DNA of 64,000 bases from Candidatus Woesebacteria bacterium (GCA_963716475.1 OY970314.1:500790-564789); one strand, 5' to 3'; positions 1 to 8,741 are shown, counted from the stretch's first letter. Numbers and translations: made by a program. The notes: generated from the letters alone by a model not told the origin.

Positions 1-249
1 TAACCAAATCGGATCCAATTTCTTAACAAGGGAGATTTTTAATCTCTCCTCCGCGGGCAGAACCGCCAAAGATTCAATGACTTCGTGAACCGCCTGCCCG
101 AGGGCTAGTGGCGGTGATACTATCGTCATTTTGTGACCGGTCCGCGGATCTTTATAAACATTCCGGAGGTAGTATCCCCTGGGGCATTTCAGAAAATCCG
201 AAATTGAAGAATGGGAAACCCAGGTTGCGGAATATTTGTCTGGAGCCAT
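1..249 (-). CDS. N-terminal fragment (83 aa) of a PD-(D/E)XK nuclease, Cas4/RecB-like; the gene continues beyond the window start
   Basis: An ATG at 247-249 (minus) opens a frame that runs off the window edge: MAPDKYSATWVSHSSISDFLKCPRGYYLRNVYKDP... The 'S.S.l..f..CPR.yyL' N-terminal cysteine motif is characteristic of Cas4/AddB-type nucleases. It is absent from the ORF track because it is truncated at the edge. Confidence 0.35.
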   Translation of the reverse strand, partial: MAPDKYSATWVSHSSISDFLKCPRGYYLRNVYKDPRTGHKMTIVSPPLALGQAVHEVIESLAVLPAEERLKISLVKKLDPIWL

Positions 250-250
250 A

Positions 251-739
251 TTAACGGTTTACAATTTTGTTGGTAGTTGTGTCCCAACACTCCGGAATCA
301 TATCGGTAGGGAATGCCGGGTAGGGAGCAATGTCTGAACAGTTAATTTGTCCGTTCCCGTCCCAAACCAATTTCCAAATTCCGCTAACCTTGGCGGCATA
401 CCACATTCCCCCTCCGCCTTGCCCCGAGGCCCCGCCCGATGCATAATTACCTTCAATTTTTGAGATAGTAATATTTAAGGTTTGTGCATCCGGTCCGTGT
501 TCGGAAACGAGAGCCGCCTGGACTGCAGAAACGATAGATATATTTTCATCAGCAACTTGTGTGGTGGAAGGCGTCGCTGTCGCAGTAACAACAATCGGAA
601 CGGGTGTTTGGGAAACCTGGCTTTGTGTAGCAACCGGAGACTTATTGTAAGACGGAAAAGTCGGCAGTCCCTTGTAATAAAAAGTTGCCCCCAGAAAAAC
701 TACAACCGCTGTAATAAAAACTGCAATAAAGTATTTCAT
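251..739 (-). CDS. secreted or signal-anchored protein with a Thr/Pro/Ser-rich linker and a Cys-containing C-terminal domain (hypothetical)
   Basis: 162 aa. N-terminal hydrophobic helix (FIAVFITAVVVFLGATFYY), then a low-complexity linker (QTPVPIVVTATATPSTTQV), a Gly-rich stretch (GGASGQGGGG), and two Cys in the C-terminal domain. A 4-bp overlap with the upstream gene suggests co-translation. Confidence 0.5.
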   Translation of the reverse strand: MKYFIAVFITAVVVFLGATFYYKGLPTFPSYNKSPVATQSQVSQTPVPIVVTATATPSTTQVADENISIVSAVQAALVSEHGPDAQTLNITISKIEGNYASGGASGQGGGGMWYAAKVSGIWKLVWDGNGQINCSDIAPYPAFPTDMIPECWDTTTNKIVNR

Positions 740-1551
740 TTTGACTTATTATATCGTGGTTTTTTAACAAAAAACAATATAAATCCCAATACAATAGCGG
801 CGCTTCCGAATAACAGCCATATGCTCAAAAGTCCCTGAATAACCGGAGGGGCAACTATTCCGATAATAGAATCACCCATGTTAGAACTACCCGCAAGATC
901 CCTTGCCCAATTAATTCGAATAATTGTACCTGCACCCGCTATGATTAGCGCCAATACTCCTGAGATTACCAGGGCAATACCCGGAGCAACCAACCTTTTT
1001 CCGAAACCTTCAGAAATAAATAAAAGGCAAAATAACAAAACCAGTATTAGAGAAGTTAAAATGTAGAGTATCCAACTTCCGGTTCCTGTTTGGGAAATCG
1101 ATTGAATTTGGTTAGCGGAAATTCCCGGCACATTAAACTCTTTGAGTAATTCAGGCAAACTCATTTCTGTTTTGACTGTATTTATATTTTTAGAAAGCAA
1201 CGATTCAGGAATTTTATTTACGGGCACATAAACGATAAATTCGCTTGTTTTTCCGTTGACATACTGCAAAACATTATTAACATTCCTGGTGATTAGATCT
1301 TCTAAATTCCCGGGAGTTATCAAATCCGTAAAAATCTTTACGTCGCTGGCCTTGCCTCCCTCAGCAATGGTTTGAGATTCCAGATTTTTGTTGATAGACG
1401 CGGAAAGTACGGAATATATATCACCGGAAGTAAAAGTTTTTTCCCAAAACGAAGCAGTCAAAAGCTGAAACCTCAGGTTAAAGGCAAGAAGAAATATCAG
1501 AAAAACCGGGACAAAAATAATTATTAAGATAATTTTACCAATAAGTTTCAT
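736..1551 (-). CDS. membrane protein with TM helices at both ends and a central extracytoplasmic domain (hypothetical)
   Basis: 271 aa. N-terminal TM (IILIIIFVPVFLIFLLAF) and C-terminal TM cluster; no recognisable catalytic motif. Confidence 0.45.
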   Translation of the reverse strand: MKLIGKIILIIIFVPVFLIFLLAFNLRFQLLTASFWEKTFTSGDIYSVLSASINKNLESQTIAEGGKASDVKIFTDLITPGNLEDLITRNVNNVLQYVNGKTSEFIVYVPVNKIPESLLSKNINTVKTEMSLPELLKEFNVPGISANQIQSISQTGTGSWILYILTSLILVLLFCLLFISEGFGKRLVAPGIALVISGVLALIIAGAGTIIRINWARDLAGSSNMGDSIIGIVAPPVIQGLLSIWLLFGSAAIVLGFILFFVKKPRYNKSK

Positions 1552-1553
1552 AA

Positions 1554-1648
1554 CAATTTCATAGAACTTGATATACCGCCTCCTTTCGGAAGTGTTATAA
1601 CAGTTTCATAGAACCTGATATATCATCTTCCCACGGAAGATGTTATTG
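1554..1648. repeat. tandem imperfect direct repeat (2 copies of ~47 bp) in the divergent intergenic region; candidate operator or duplicated promoter element
   Basis: Copy 1 is 1554-1600 (CAATTTCATAGAACTTGATATACCGCC...CGGAAGTGTTATAA). Copy 2 is 1601-1648 (CAGTTTCATAGAACCTGATATATCATC...CGGAAGATGTTATTG). About three quarters of positions are identical. Conserved cores are TTTCATAGAAC(T/C)TGATATA and CGGAAG(A)TGTTAT. Confidence 0.7.
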
Positions 1649-1689
1649 CACAATTAGTATACAATAGTGAAAGAACGGGGGTGATAGAT

Positions 1690-2073
1690 ATGGCAGGATT
1701 TAAAGGTAATTTAGAAAAAGATACATTAGCAAACACATATTTCCGGCATGTAATTTATACCGCACCGCATTCCCAGTTAGTGCTTATGTGCCTGGCCCCC
1801 GGTGAGGAAATCGGAATGGAGGTTCATCCCGATAATGACCAATTCTTAAGATTTGAAGAGGGTGAATGGGAAGCTGTAATTTCGGATGAAAAGTTTTCGG
1901 GAGGCGCAGGAGATTGCGTAATTGTTCCCGCAGGAAACTATCACAATATAATTAATACCTCGAAAGATAAAGAATTAAAGCTTTACACGGTATATTCGCC
2001 GGCACATCACCCGGATGGGACAATTCACAAAACCAAAGCGGAAGCAATGCAAGCCGAAGCATCGGAAAAGTAG
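1690..2073 (+). CDS. cupin-domain protein
   Basis: The ORF track starts at GTG 1681. The ATG at 1690 is preceded by a strong SD (GGGGGTGA at 1675-1682), so 1690 is the likelier start. Cupin-like His/Glu pattern (GMEVHPDNDQFLRFEEGEW...VIVPAGNYHNI). Confidence 0.65.
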   Translation: MAGFKGNLEKDTLANTYFRHVIYTAPHSQLVLMCLAPGEEIGMEVHPDNDQFLRFEEGEWEAVISDEKFSGGAGDCVIVPAGNYHNIINTSKDKELKLYTVYSPAHHPDGTIHKTKAEAMQAEASEK

Positions 2074-2076
2074 AAA

Positions 2077-2736
2077 CTAAAATAGACTGTTTTGAATTGT
2101 GGAGACATCCTCTTTAGGATATGAAAAATCCAGTTTAATTTCGCGTGTTTCGTTCCAAAAATCAACATATTTTAAAAATCCGTTTTTAAGAACATGGTCA
2201 TAGATATCGCGGGTTAAGGCTACATCCATTTCACAATATTTCTTAAGTTTCGCCAGGCTTTCATCGGTTCCCTCATTCCAATACTTAATGGCATTTACCC
2301 CGTTGTCATTCTTGGCATTTCCCAGAGTCGCCTTGGCCAAAGAGTCGAGCGACATCCGTTTGCCTATGGCCTCCTTAATTTTCGAAAGTATATCGAAATG
2401 CTTCAATTTCGGCCAATGGGGCGGAAGATATGGCGAAAGAGCGGGAACATCAAAGCCGATAGAATTAAAACCGATAATCCTGTCTGCCTTTTCAAACAAT
2501 GTGAACATTTCCTGAAAATCTTTCTCCCAAAAGCTCTGCATTTTCCCGTCGATCTCTTCCAGGTTCTCGTCCAATCTCCGGGAATAAACCGAAGTTATTG
2601 ATACCCCGAGTTTACTTGGGTCGTATCCTTCCACGTCACTAAAAAACTTCTTTGTTTCCGTGTCAAAAATTACCTCAAACATAGATCCAATCATTTTACG
2701 CAAGTAACGGTTCGTTTTCAAATATCCGGCAAGCAA
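2077..2736 (-). CDS. DEDDy-type 3'-5' exonuclease (RNase D / Pol I proofreading-domain-like), standalone
   Basis: 219 aa. Exo I FDTET, Exo II IGFNSIGFDVPAL, Exo III Y-x3-D (YCEMDVALTRDIY). Confidence 0.6.
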   Translation of the reverse strand: MLAGYLKTNRYLRKMIGSMFEVIFDTETKKFFSDVEGYDPSKLGVSITSVYSRRLDENLEEIDGKMQSFWEKDFQEMFTLFEKADRIIGFNSIGFDVPALSPYLPPHWPKLKHFDILSKIKEAIGKRMSLDSLAKATLGNAKNDNGVNAIKYWNEGTDESLAKLKKYCEMDVALTRDIYDHVLKNGFLKYVDFWNETREIKLDFSYPKEDVSTIQNSLF

Positions 2737-2738
2737 AC

Positions 2739-3506
2739 TTATTTTCTTCTGAAGATGTAACTAAGAATAAATAGGACAACCGAAAAAAGAACCACTGCCG
2801 GCCCTGAGGCGATGCCAAATATTCTTGCTATCAATATTCCGGCAACAGACGCGACTATTCCGATTGATACCGAATACAAATGAAAACTTTTCAGACTTCC
2901 GGAAATATTCTTGGCAGTTGCCGCAGGAATAATAACCATAGCCCCGGTAAGAAGAGTGCCCAAAAATTTCACCCCCATAGCCACAACCAGGGCGACCAGT
3001 AGTAGGTAAACCAAATTAATCTTCCTTATATCAATCTTTTGAGATTTCGCAAGGTCTTCGGAAACAACCCCCAGTAAAAGCTTCTTGGAAATATCAGCTG
3101 TAGCCATAAATATAACAACTGCACCCATAAGTACGACTACCCCGTCAAAAATACCAATTTTATCGATATTTCCAAACAACGCTTCAAGTAGGTCGGGTTC
3201 GGGAGTTAAGAGCAAACCGATTGAGAGACTTGCAGTAAAAAAAACACCCACCAAAGCTTCGGGATAAACTTCGGAATGTTCGCTTAAATACCAAATACCG
3301 AAAGTTGCAATAACCAATGCTACAAGCGCTCCAAGCATAGGATTAATGCCAAAAGTTAAGGCAATAGCTATTCCGGGAAGAGCCACATGACTTAGAGCGT
3401 CCCCAACAAGAGACATCCTTTTAAGAACCATAAAGCTGCCCAGAAAACCTGACGACGCGCCGACCAGTACTCCAACTATCAATAGAAATAATAAATTAGT
3501 GTTCAT
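2739..3506 (-). CDS. metal (Zn/Mn) ABC transporter permease, ABC-3 / ZnuB-MntB family
   Basis: 255 aa, polytopic. N-terminus MNTNLLFLLIVGVLVGASSGFLGSFMVLKRMSLVGDALSHVALPGIAIA is typical of ZnuB/MntB. 11-bp overlap with the ATPase gene. Confidence 0.8.
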   Translation of the reverse strand: MNTNLLFLLIVGVLVGASSGFLGSFMVLKRMSLVGDALSHVALPGIAIALTFGINPMLGALVALVIATFGIWYLSEHSEVYPEALVGVFFTASLSIGLLLTPEPDLLEALFGNIDKIGIFDGVVVLMGAVVIFMATADISKKLLLGVVSEDLAKSQKIDIRKINLVYLLLVALVVAMGVKFLGTLLTGAMVIIPAATAKNISGSLKSFHLYSVSIGIVASVAGILIARIFGIASGPAVVLFSVVLFILSYIFRRK

Positions 3507-4248
3507 GTAAATGATGCGGCTCTAAATGTTTATGTAGCCGGACATCTTCACCATATAATTTAGCTAATGTTTCTTTATTAACAACATCCATCGGCGGCCC
3601 AAAAGAAATATTTTCCTTATTCAGACACAATACATTATTTGCGTAATGGTTAACTACCTGAAGTTCATGAGAAATAAAAATAATTGTTAAATCCTCGTCC
3701 GCTTGGAGCTTGTGAATGAGATCATAAATTGTCTCCTCGCCGGATACATCTACTCCGGCTGTGGGTTCATCAAAAAGAAGGACATTGGGGTCACCCAAAA
3801 GAGCGTAGGCAATTAATACTCTTTGGAGTTCACCCCCGGAAAGGTCTCCCAGACATGTATTCAATACTCTTTTATCATTATGCAAATGCTCCGCAACTTC
3901 CAAAAAGCCGACAGATCTGATAACTTCATAAATTTTTGCTTGGTCTTTTTCCTTGAAACGCAAGAATTCATTTACGGTTAACGGAAGATCTTTTGCAACC
4001 GCCAATTTTTGGGGAACATAACCGATTCTTGCATCACTCGCCCACTCAACTTTACCGGTATAAGGAACTAAACCCAAAAGTGCCCTGAAAAGAACCGATT
4101 TTCCCGCACCGTTCGGACCGATTATTGCCAAAGTATCGTCACGCATAACTTCGAAACTGATATCATCCAGGATTGTATGATTATCAAACTCCACCTTCAG
4201 TCCGGTAACTGTGAGAATATTTTTTTTATTTTCCATGAAATCCTCCAA
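3496..4248 (-). CDS. metal ABC transporter ATP-binding protein (ZnuC/MntA-like) with a His-rich C-terminal tail
   Basis: Walker A GPNGAGKS, signature LSGGELQRV, Walker B LLFDEPTAGVD. C-terminal tail HKHLEPHHLHEH. Confidence 0.85.
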   Translation of the reverse strand: MEDFMENKKNILTVTGLKVEFDNHTILDDISFEVMRDDTLAIIGPNGAGKSVLFRALLGLVPYTGKVEWASDARIGYVPQKLAVAKDLPLTVNEFLRFKEKDQAKIYEVIRSVGFLEVAEHLHNDKRVLNTCLGDLSGGELQRVLIAYALLGDPNVLLFDEPTAGVDVSGEETIYDLIHKLQADEDLTIIFISHELQVVNHYANNVLCLNKENISFGPPMDVVNKETLAKLYGEDVRLHKHLEPHHLHEH

Positions 4249-4251
4249 TAA

Positions 4252-4797
4252 TTATTGTACCATCCTTTTACCCACCCTTTCCGAATAAATTTGTCGTTCT
4301 ATAACCTCCTCCAATTTTTCATCGGGAGAATAAAGAATTTTACCTCCGGGCCAGTAGCCCAATGTTATAAGTAAGTCGGTAATAAAGTTGAGACGCAGTT
4401 TTTTAAGCATTTTTGCCGACTTCAATTTTTGCAGAGAATCGAGAAGCAAATCATATACTTCGGTTTTTTCCTCACCTTCATGGGTAATACGCCCGACGAC
4501 TTCCATTAAATAATATGCCAGAGAAATCCTTCTTAGGCTTCCCCTAATCTCCTTAAAGTTTTCAATAACTTCCGCTTCAGTCATAATATCCAATCCGCGG
4601 CCGAGTACGGCTTGAAATTTAATCTTATTAAAAACCTCAACGTGGCCTCTCTTTTTACTTTTCGGGCGACGGATTCCCTTAGCCAATAAACTGATTTTGC
4701 CGAAATTTTTGGTATAAAGAACAAGAATTCTATCTGCCTCACCAAAGTTGCGTCTTGCAAGTACTACTCCTTCGGAAGTGTATGCCCGGGGCTTCAT
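4252..4797 (-). CDS. recO: DNA repair protein RecO, short form lacking the Cys4 zinc finger
   Basis: 181 aa. N-terminal OB-fold signature (EGVVLARRNFGEADRILVLYTKNFGKISLLAKGIRR) matches RecO. No cysteines in the protein. Confidence 0.65.
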   Translation of the reverse strand: MKPRAYTSEGVVLARRNFGEADRILVLYTKNFGKISLLAKGIRRPKSKKRGHVEVFNKIKFQAVLGRGLDIMTEAEVIENFKEIRGSLRRISLAYYLMEVVGRITHEGEEKTEVYDLLLDSLQKLKSAKMLKKLRLNFITDLLITLGYWPGGKILYSPDEKLEEVIERQIYSERVGKRMVQ

Positions 4798-4840
4798 AAT
4801 CGAAGATTATATCAGACTATATCTGTTGTCCGCTCCTTGT

Positions 4841-6862
4841 CTAAATTCCAATTTTCAGTTCCTTATCTGTTTTTAAATAAAACTCTTCCGAATGCTTACC
4901 TAGATTAACGGTATACAAAAACCCGTCCGTCCCCGGTTGTTTTTGTATAAGAAGGTTGTATTGCCCGGAGACTTTAAACGGCAGCTTATATTGAAATGTA
5001 ACTTTTGAGACCCCTTCCGGTCTAAGTTGGAAAAATCCGGCAAATACGGTTTTTCCCAAATCTTCATACGGATCCTGCTTGGCCTCAAGGCCCTCGGAAG
5101 TGATAAGTTGGCTACCTTTGGGAACATAAACCCGCACCCAAGTAGGTAATACTGAATTAAGCCAGCCGTCCTGGCTTTGAGGATTTTTATAAGTAATTGT
5201 TACGGTTTTGGTTACACTTCCGTCAGAAGCGATTACAACATCCTGCTGAACTTCTTCATAGGCGTAGAGATTAGATTTGCGCCCTCCCAGGTTGGCGTCA
5301 TTGATATGAAGATAGTCGCCGCTATAGTCCCTGATGGCTCCTCCTACGCCAAAATCGGAAACTGCGGCTTCCACTTTAGTGTCCATCAGGTAGAAAAGAA
5401 CGTGTTTTTCAATCAAAGAATTAAATGCGGCTTGCATCAATCCGGGAAGTTTATCTTTTGGTTGTCCCAAAGCATTTGCCAAAATCGAATTCATCAGAGG
5501 ACCTATTATTTTCTTTCTATTATCCGAGTTTGGGGGTCTTTGAATAATCTTTCCGGTTAGGGGATCCCAAATAATCGGGCCTTCTACATCTGCAAAAGCT
5601 TCAAGTTCATGTATAACCTGGGCACAGTTACACTGCGGATCAATTTTTGTACTAAAGTTTCCGAATCCGGGAACGCCGATCGGCCCTATTACATCCAGTA
5701 AATTCACGAGAAGTTGCGTATCAACCGCAATAACTCCGTCAATATTGGTTATGCCAACCTGTTTGGCGGCAGGGAGAACTGTCTGCATACTTGTGGCAAA
5801 ATCCGGTGACCAGTTCATGTCCCTGAGTCTCCAATTTTGAGACAAAACGTAAGGACCTTTTATATATTTAATAATAGGGGCAGGAGCCGGAATTGAGGGT
5901 TTATACTGCGCATCCAGCGTATAAATGTCACTACTTGACGCCGGAGTAAATTTTGCCTTATCTACTTTCATGATCGCATAGGCCGTCATAAATCCCCCCG
6001 TGGGACGGAGTTCCTTGTCGTTTTGGAAAAGAATAAGATACGTCCTGGGAGCATCCATTCCGAGCAGGTATGGCGCGGATTCCAAGAACGGTTTACCGTT
6101 AACAATAAAAGTCGCCGCCTCGTCAACCAGGCTTTGAGCATTTTTAATCTGGGACTTTACAGCCTTTCCCTGAAAATTGTCGGGGTATCTGTCCGGGTTA
6201 ATTTGTGAAAGTTCATCTTCAACGGTTTTTACCTTACTGGATATAGAATCTATCTGAGGCAGAATGTCCGGGATCGTTTTTATCACAAAATCTATTCTCT
6301 CCTGTGTTGTTTGTGCTCCTGTTTTTGCAGCCAGCACTGTGCTTGAATTTTCGTTAAATCCCAAAAGGTCAGCGTAGGGTTGCGCGACAGTCAAAACAAT
6401 TTTTCCCGCGTCGAGGCCCGCCTCCCCCGCTCTGATTCCGTGCCCTGCGTCATCAATATACGGCCCTATAAATGGGATAAACTTTTCCCAGGCAATAAGT
6501 CTATAAGTAGAGGCCAGTGCGTTTAGGGAATTTTGGGTATTACCCAAATCGGACCCGATTTTCGTAAGATCCTGTGATTTTGCCGAATCGGCAAGTTTGC
6601 CGATATCCGCAATAAGGTTTTTCCCTTTTTGGTACAGAAGAAACCCCGAAATCAGGTTGTAAAACAAAAAAAATACTACTATCCCTCCTGCGATCCACCA
6701 AATCTTTTTTCTGCTCACGGTTTTTACTGGTGTCTTCACTTTCTGTGGATCTTCGTTCCGGGAAACATCTATCTTTGGAACCAAAATCGATTCCTTGACG
6801 GGCTCTTTGCCTGGAACAGTGTCCGGATTTATTTTGGGTAACTGACCACTCTCATTCGGCAT
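4841..6862 (-). CDS. large single-pass membrane protein with extracytoplasmic domain, DUF4012-like
   Basis: 673 aa. Cytoplasmic Lys/Pro-rich N-terminus, one TM (WWIAGGIVVFFLFYNLISGFLLY), then an A/L/G-rich region (ADIGKLADSAKSQDL...IPFIGPYIDDAGHGIRAGEAGLDAG) resembling DUF4012 proteins found beside cell-envelope polysaccharide loci. Confidence 0.45.
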   Translation of the reverse strand: MPNESGQLPKINPDTVPGKEPVKESILVPKIDVSRNEDPQKVKTPVKTVSRKKIWWIAGGIVVFFLFYNLISGFLLYQKGKNLIADIGKLADSAKSQDLTKIGSDLGNTQNSLNALASTYRLIAWEKFIPFIGPYIDDAGHGIRAGEAGLDAGKIVLTVAQPYADLLGFNENSSTVLAAKTGAQTTQERIDFVIKTIPDILPQIDSISSKVKTVEDELSQINPDRYPDNFQGKAVKSQIKNAQSLVDEAATFIVNGKPFLESAPYLLGMDAPRTYLILFQNDKELRPTGGFMTAYAIMKVDKAKFTPASSSDIYTLDAQYKPSIPAPAPIIKYIKGPYVLSQNWRLRDMNWSPDFATSMQTVLPAAKQVGITNIDGVIAVDTQLLVNLLDVIGPIGVPGFGNFSTKIDPQCNCAQVIHELEAFADVEGPIIWDPLTGKIIQRPPNSDNRKKIIGPLMNSILANALGQPKDKLPGLMQAAFNSLIEKHVLFYLMDTKVEAAVSDFGVGGAIRDYSGDYLHINDANLGGRKSNLYAYEEVQQDVVIASDGSVTKTVTITYKNPQSQDGWLNSVLPTWVRVYVPKGSQLITSEGLEAKQDPYEDLGKTVFAGFFQLRPEGVSKVTFQYKLPFKVSGQYNLLIQKQPGTDGFLYTVNLGKHSEEFYLKTDKELKIGI

Positions 6863-6880
6863 GATTTATGATACAACAAA

Positions 6881-7531
6881 TCACACGGCGCCGACACCGC
6901 TAATCATCGCGATAGGGGTTTTAAGAATTATAATAAAGTCCATCCATAGGGATTTCTTTCTGGCATAGAGAGCATCCATTTCGATCCTTTTGTCAAAATT
7001 TATATTGCTTCTACCCGTAACTTGCCAGTGCCCAGTTATTCCGGGTTTTACCGTTTGAGTTTCTATTACAAATTTATGAGTTCCCGGATACCTTTTCTGT
7101 TGTTCTTCAATCTCATCGGCATGATACGGCCTCGGGCCAACCAGACTCATTTCTCCTTTTAAAACATTAAAAAGCTGGGGCATTTCATCGATTGAGTATT
7201 TTCTTATAAATCTTCCGAATTTTGTAACACGCGGGTCTTCGTGAAGTTTAAAACTGGACTTCTTATATTCGGTATATAGTTTTTTAAATCGAGGATCCCG
7301 GGTTAATATATAATCGGCATTGACGGCCATTGATCGGAATTTATAAAGCCTGAATATTTTCCCGTTTTTCCCAATACGCTTCATGTGTGAGTTGGTTTTT
7401 TCAACAAGCGCAGGTCCGGAGGAAGTCAGCTTTATTATAATCGCAGCAAGAAGCATTATCGGGGAAAAAAGAACAATTAAGATTACCGAGAGCGTGATAT
7501 CCATAATTCTTTTAATAAAGTCGTAAATCAT
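6881..7531 (-). CDS. polyprenyl-phosphate glycosyl-1-phosphate transferase (small monotopic Bac_transf / PglC-WbaP C-domain family); initiating enzyme
   Basis: 216 aa. Re-entrant N-terminal helix. Motifs PALVEKTN...RIGKNGKIF..YKFRSM...DE(M)PQL...GEMSLVGPRP are typical of bacterial sugar transferases. Confidence 0.85.
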   Translation of the reverse strand: MIYDFIKRIMDITLSVILIVLFSPIMLLAAIIIKLTSSGPALVEKTNSHMKRIGKNGKIFRLYKFRSMAVNADYILTRDPRFKKLYTEYKKSSFKLHEDPRVTKFGRFIRKYSIDEMPQLFNVLKGEMSLVGPRPYHADEIEEQQKRYPGTHKFVIETQTVKPGITGHWQVTGRSNINFDKRIEMDALYARKKSLWMDFIIILKTPIAMISGVGAV

Positions 7532-7541
7532 AAAGCTTTAA

Positions 7542-8741
7542 TTATAGAAGATCTGCCCTTTTCTCCTCCTTTAATCTCTCAACGATATTTTTGACGGCTT
7601 GTGCGTGGCTTTTTGAACAAACAAGGAGTGCATCTTTTGTATCAACAATAATTATATTATCCAATCCTACGACAGCAACCATTCTACCGTCAGTATGAAT
7701 AAGAGCGTCAGATGTGTCGACATTCAATACTTCTCCACCGGGTTCGTCCCCTGAGATAACAACATTGCTTTTATTGTCCTTCTTAGAATTCGCCCAAACT
7801 TCTCTCCAATCTCCGATATCTGTCCAGAAAAAGTCTCCCGCAACCACAACAAAATTATCCGCCTTCTCTGCAACCGCGTAATCGATAGAAATCGTAGGCA
7901 TCTCCTTGTACTCTTTTTCGATAATCTCACCTTGCTTTATGGTCCCGATCTGAGGCCGAATTTTTTCCAAATTCTCCCAAATTCTGGGTGCATGAACTTT
8001 AATAGCGGAAAGAATAACATCCGCCCGCCACACAAAAACCCCGGTATTCCAAAGGTATTCTCCCGAGGCCGTGTACTTTTTCGCCAGTTCTATCGGGGGC
8101 TTCTCGACAAACTTATCAAGTACGTAGAAATCGATATCTCCCTTTACGGAAATCTTCTTTCCTTTTCTTATGTGTCCCATTCCGGTGTGGGGATAGCGCG
8201 GCTCGACACCGATTGTTATTAACACCTTACTATCGTAAGCCTTCTTTGCGGCAGCTGTCAGCGTATCTAAATACCTACTGATTGGCTTAACTATCCTATC
8301 CGCTGCCTCCGTTATAATTACAGCATTGGGGTCTTTGCTCTGAATTACCAGGGCTCCCAACCCGTGGGCCGGCCCCGTTTCTCTCCTCTCGGGTTCGACA
8401 ATTACGTTCTCCCTGTGCAAACGCGGGCACTCCTTAAGCACTTCGGCCCTATATTCATTCGAAACGGTAATTATGTATATTTTCTCCCAAGGTAAAATTT
8501 CACTAAAACGCCTGACTGCCACCTGTGTTAATGTTTCGTTATCAAATAATTTCAAGAATTGCTTTGGAGTTTTTTGCCTTGATCTCGGCCAGAGTCGTGT
8601 TCCCCCGCCTCCGGCTAAAATCAAGCCGTAAATATGATTTTTATAGTCGTCCTTCTTCAACGGATTTATTTTTTCTAAAATCTCTTTAATTTTCATAACA
8701 GTTTTTAGCGTACGGAGGATGTTATTAAAACATTCTAGCAT
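7542..8741 (-). CDS. manC: mannose-1-phosphate guanylyltransferase (GDP-mannose pyrophosphorylase, ManC-like; no PMI domain)
   Basis: 399 aa. N-terminal nucleotidyltransferase motif GLILAGGGGTRLWPRSRQKTPKQF. Confidence 0.75.
   Translation of the reverse strand: MLECFNNILRTLKTVMKIKEILEKINPLKKDDYKNHIYGLILAGGGGTRLWPRSRQKTPKQFLKLFDNETLTQVAVRRFSEILPWEKIYIITVSNEYRAEVLKECPRLHRENVIVEPERRETGPAHGLGALVIQSKDPNAVIITEAADRIVKPISRYLDTLTAAAKKAYDSKVLITIGVEPRYPHTGMGHIRKGKKISVKGDIDFYVLDKFVEKPPIELAKKYTASGEYLWNTGVFVWRADVILSAIKVHAPRIWENLEKIRPQIGTIKQGEIIEKEYKEMPTISIDYAVAEKADNFVVVAGDFFWTDIGDWREVWANSKKDNKSNVVISGDEPGGEVLNVDTSDALIHTDGRMVAVVGLDNIIIVDTKDALLVCSKSHAQAVKNIVERLKEEKRADLL

Noticed and set aside
482-1066. Plus-strand ORFs 482-838 and 878-1066, opposite the two minus-strand genes
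   Set aside because: They lie entirely within longer, better-supported minus-strand ORFs, have Arg/Cys-rich low-complexity translations, and are classic antisense shadow ORFs. The same applies to 2288-2515, 2398-2601, 3085-3267, 3729-3920, 5177-5560, 6023-6208, 6629-6841, 7724-8222, 16183-16584, 19071-19340, 21692-22127, 25234-26061, 35108-35392, 43886-44604, 51870-52307 and 54503-55161.
4236-4248. His-rich C-terminal tail of the ABC ATPase (HKHLEPHHLHEH), considered as a separate metallochaperone ORF
   Set aside because: It is in frame and contiguous with the ATPase, and His-rich extensions occur in ZnuC-type proteins. It is kept as part of the same CDS.
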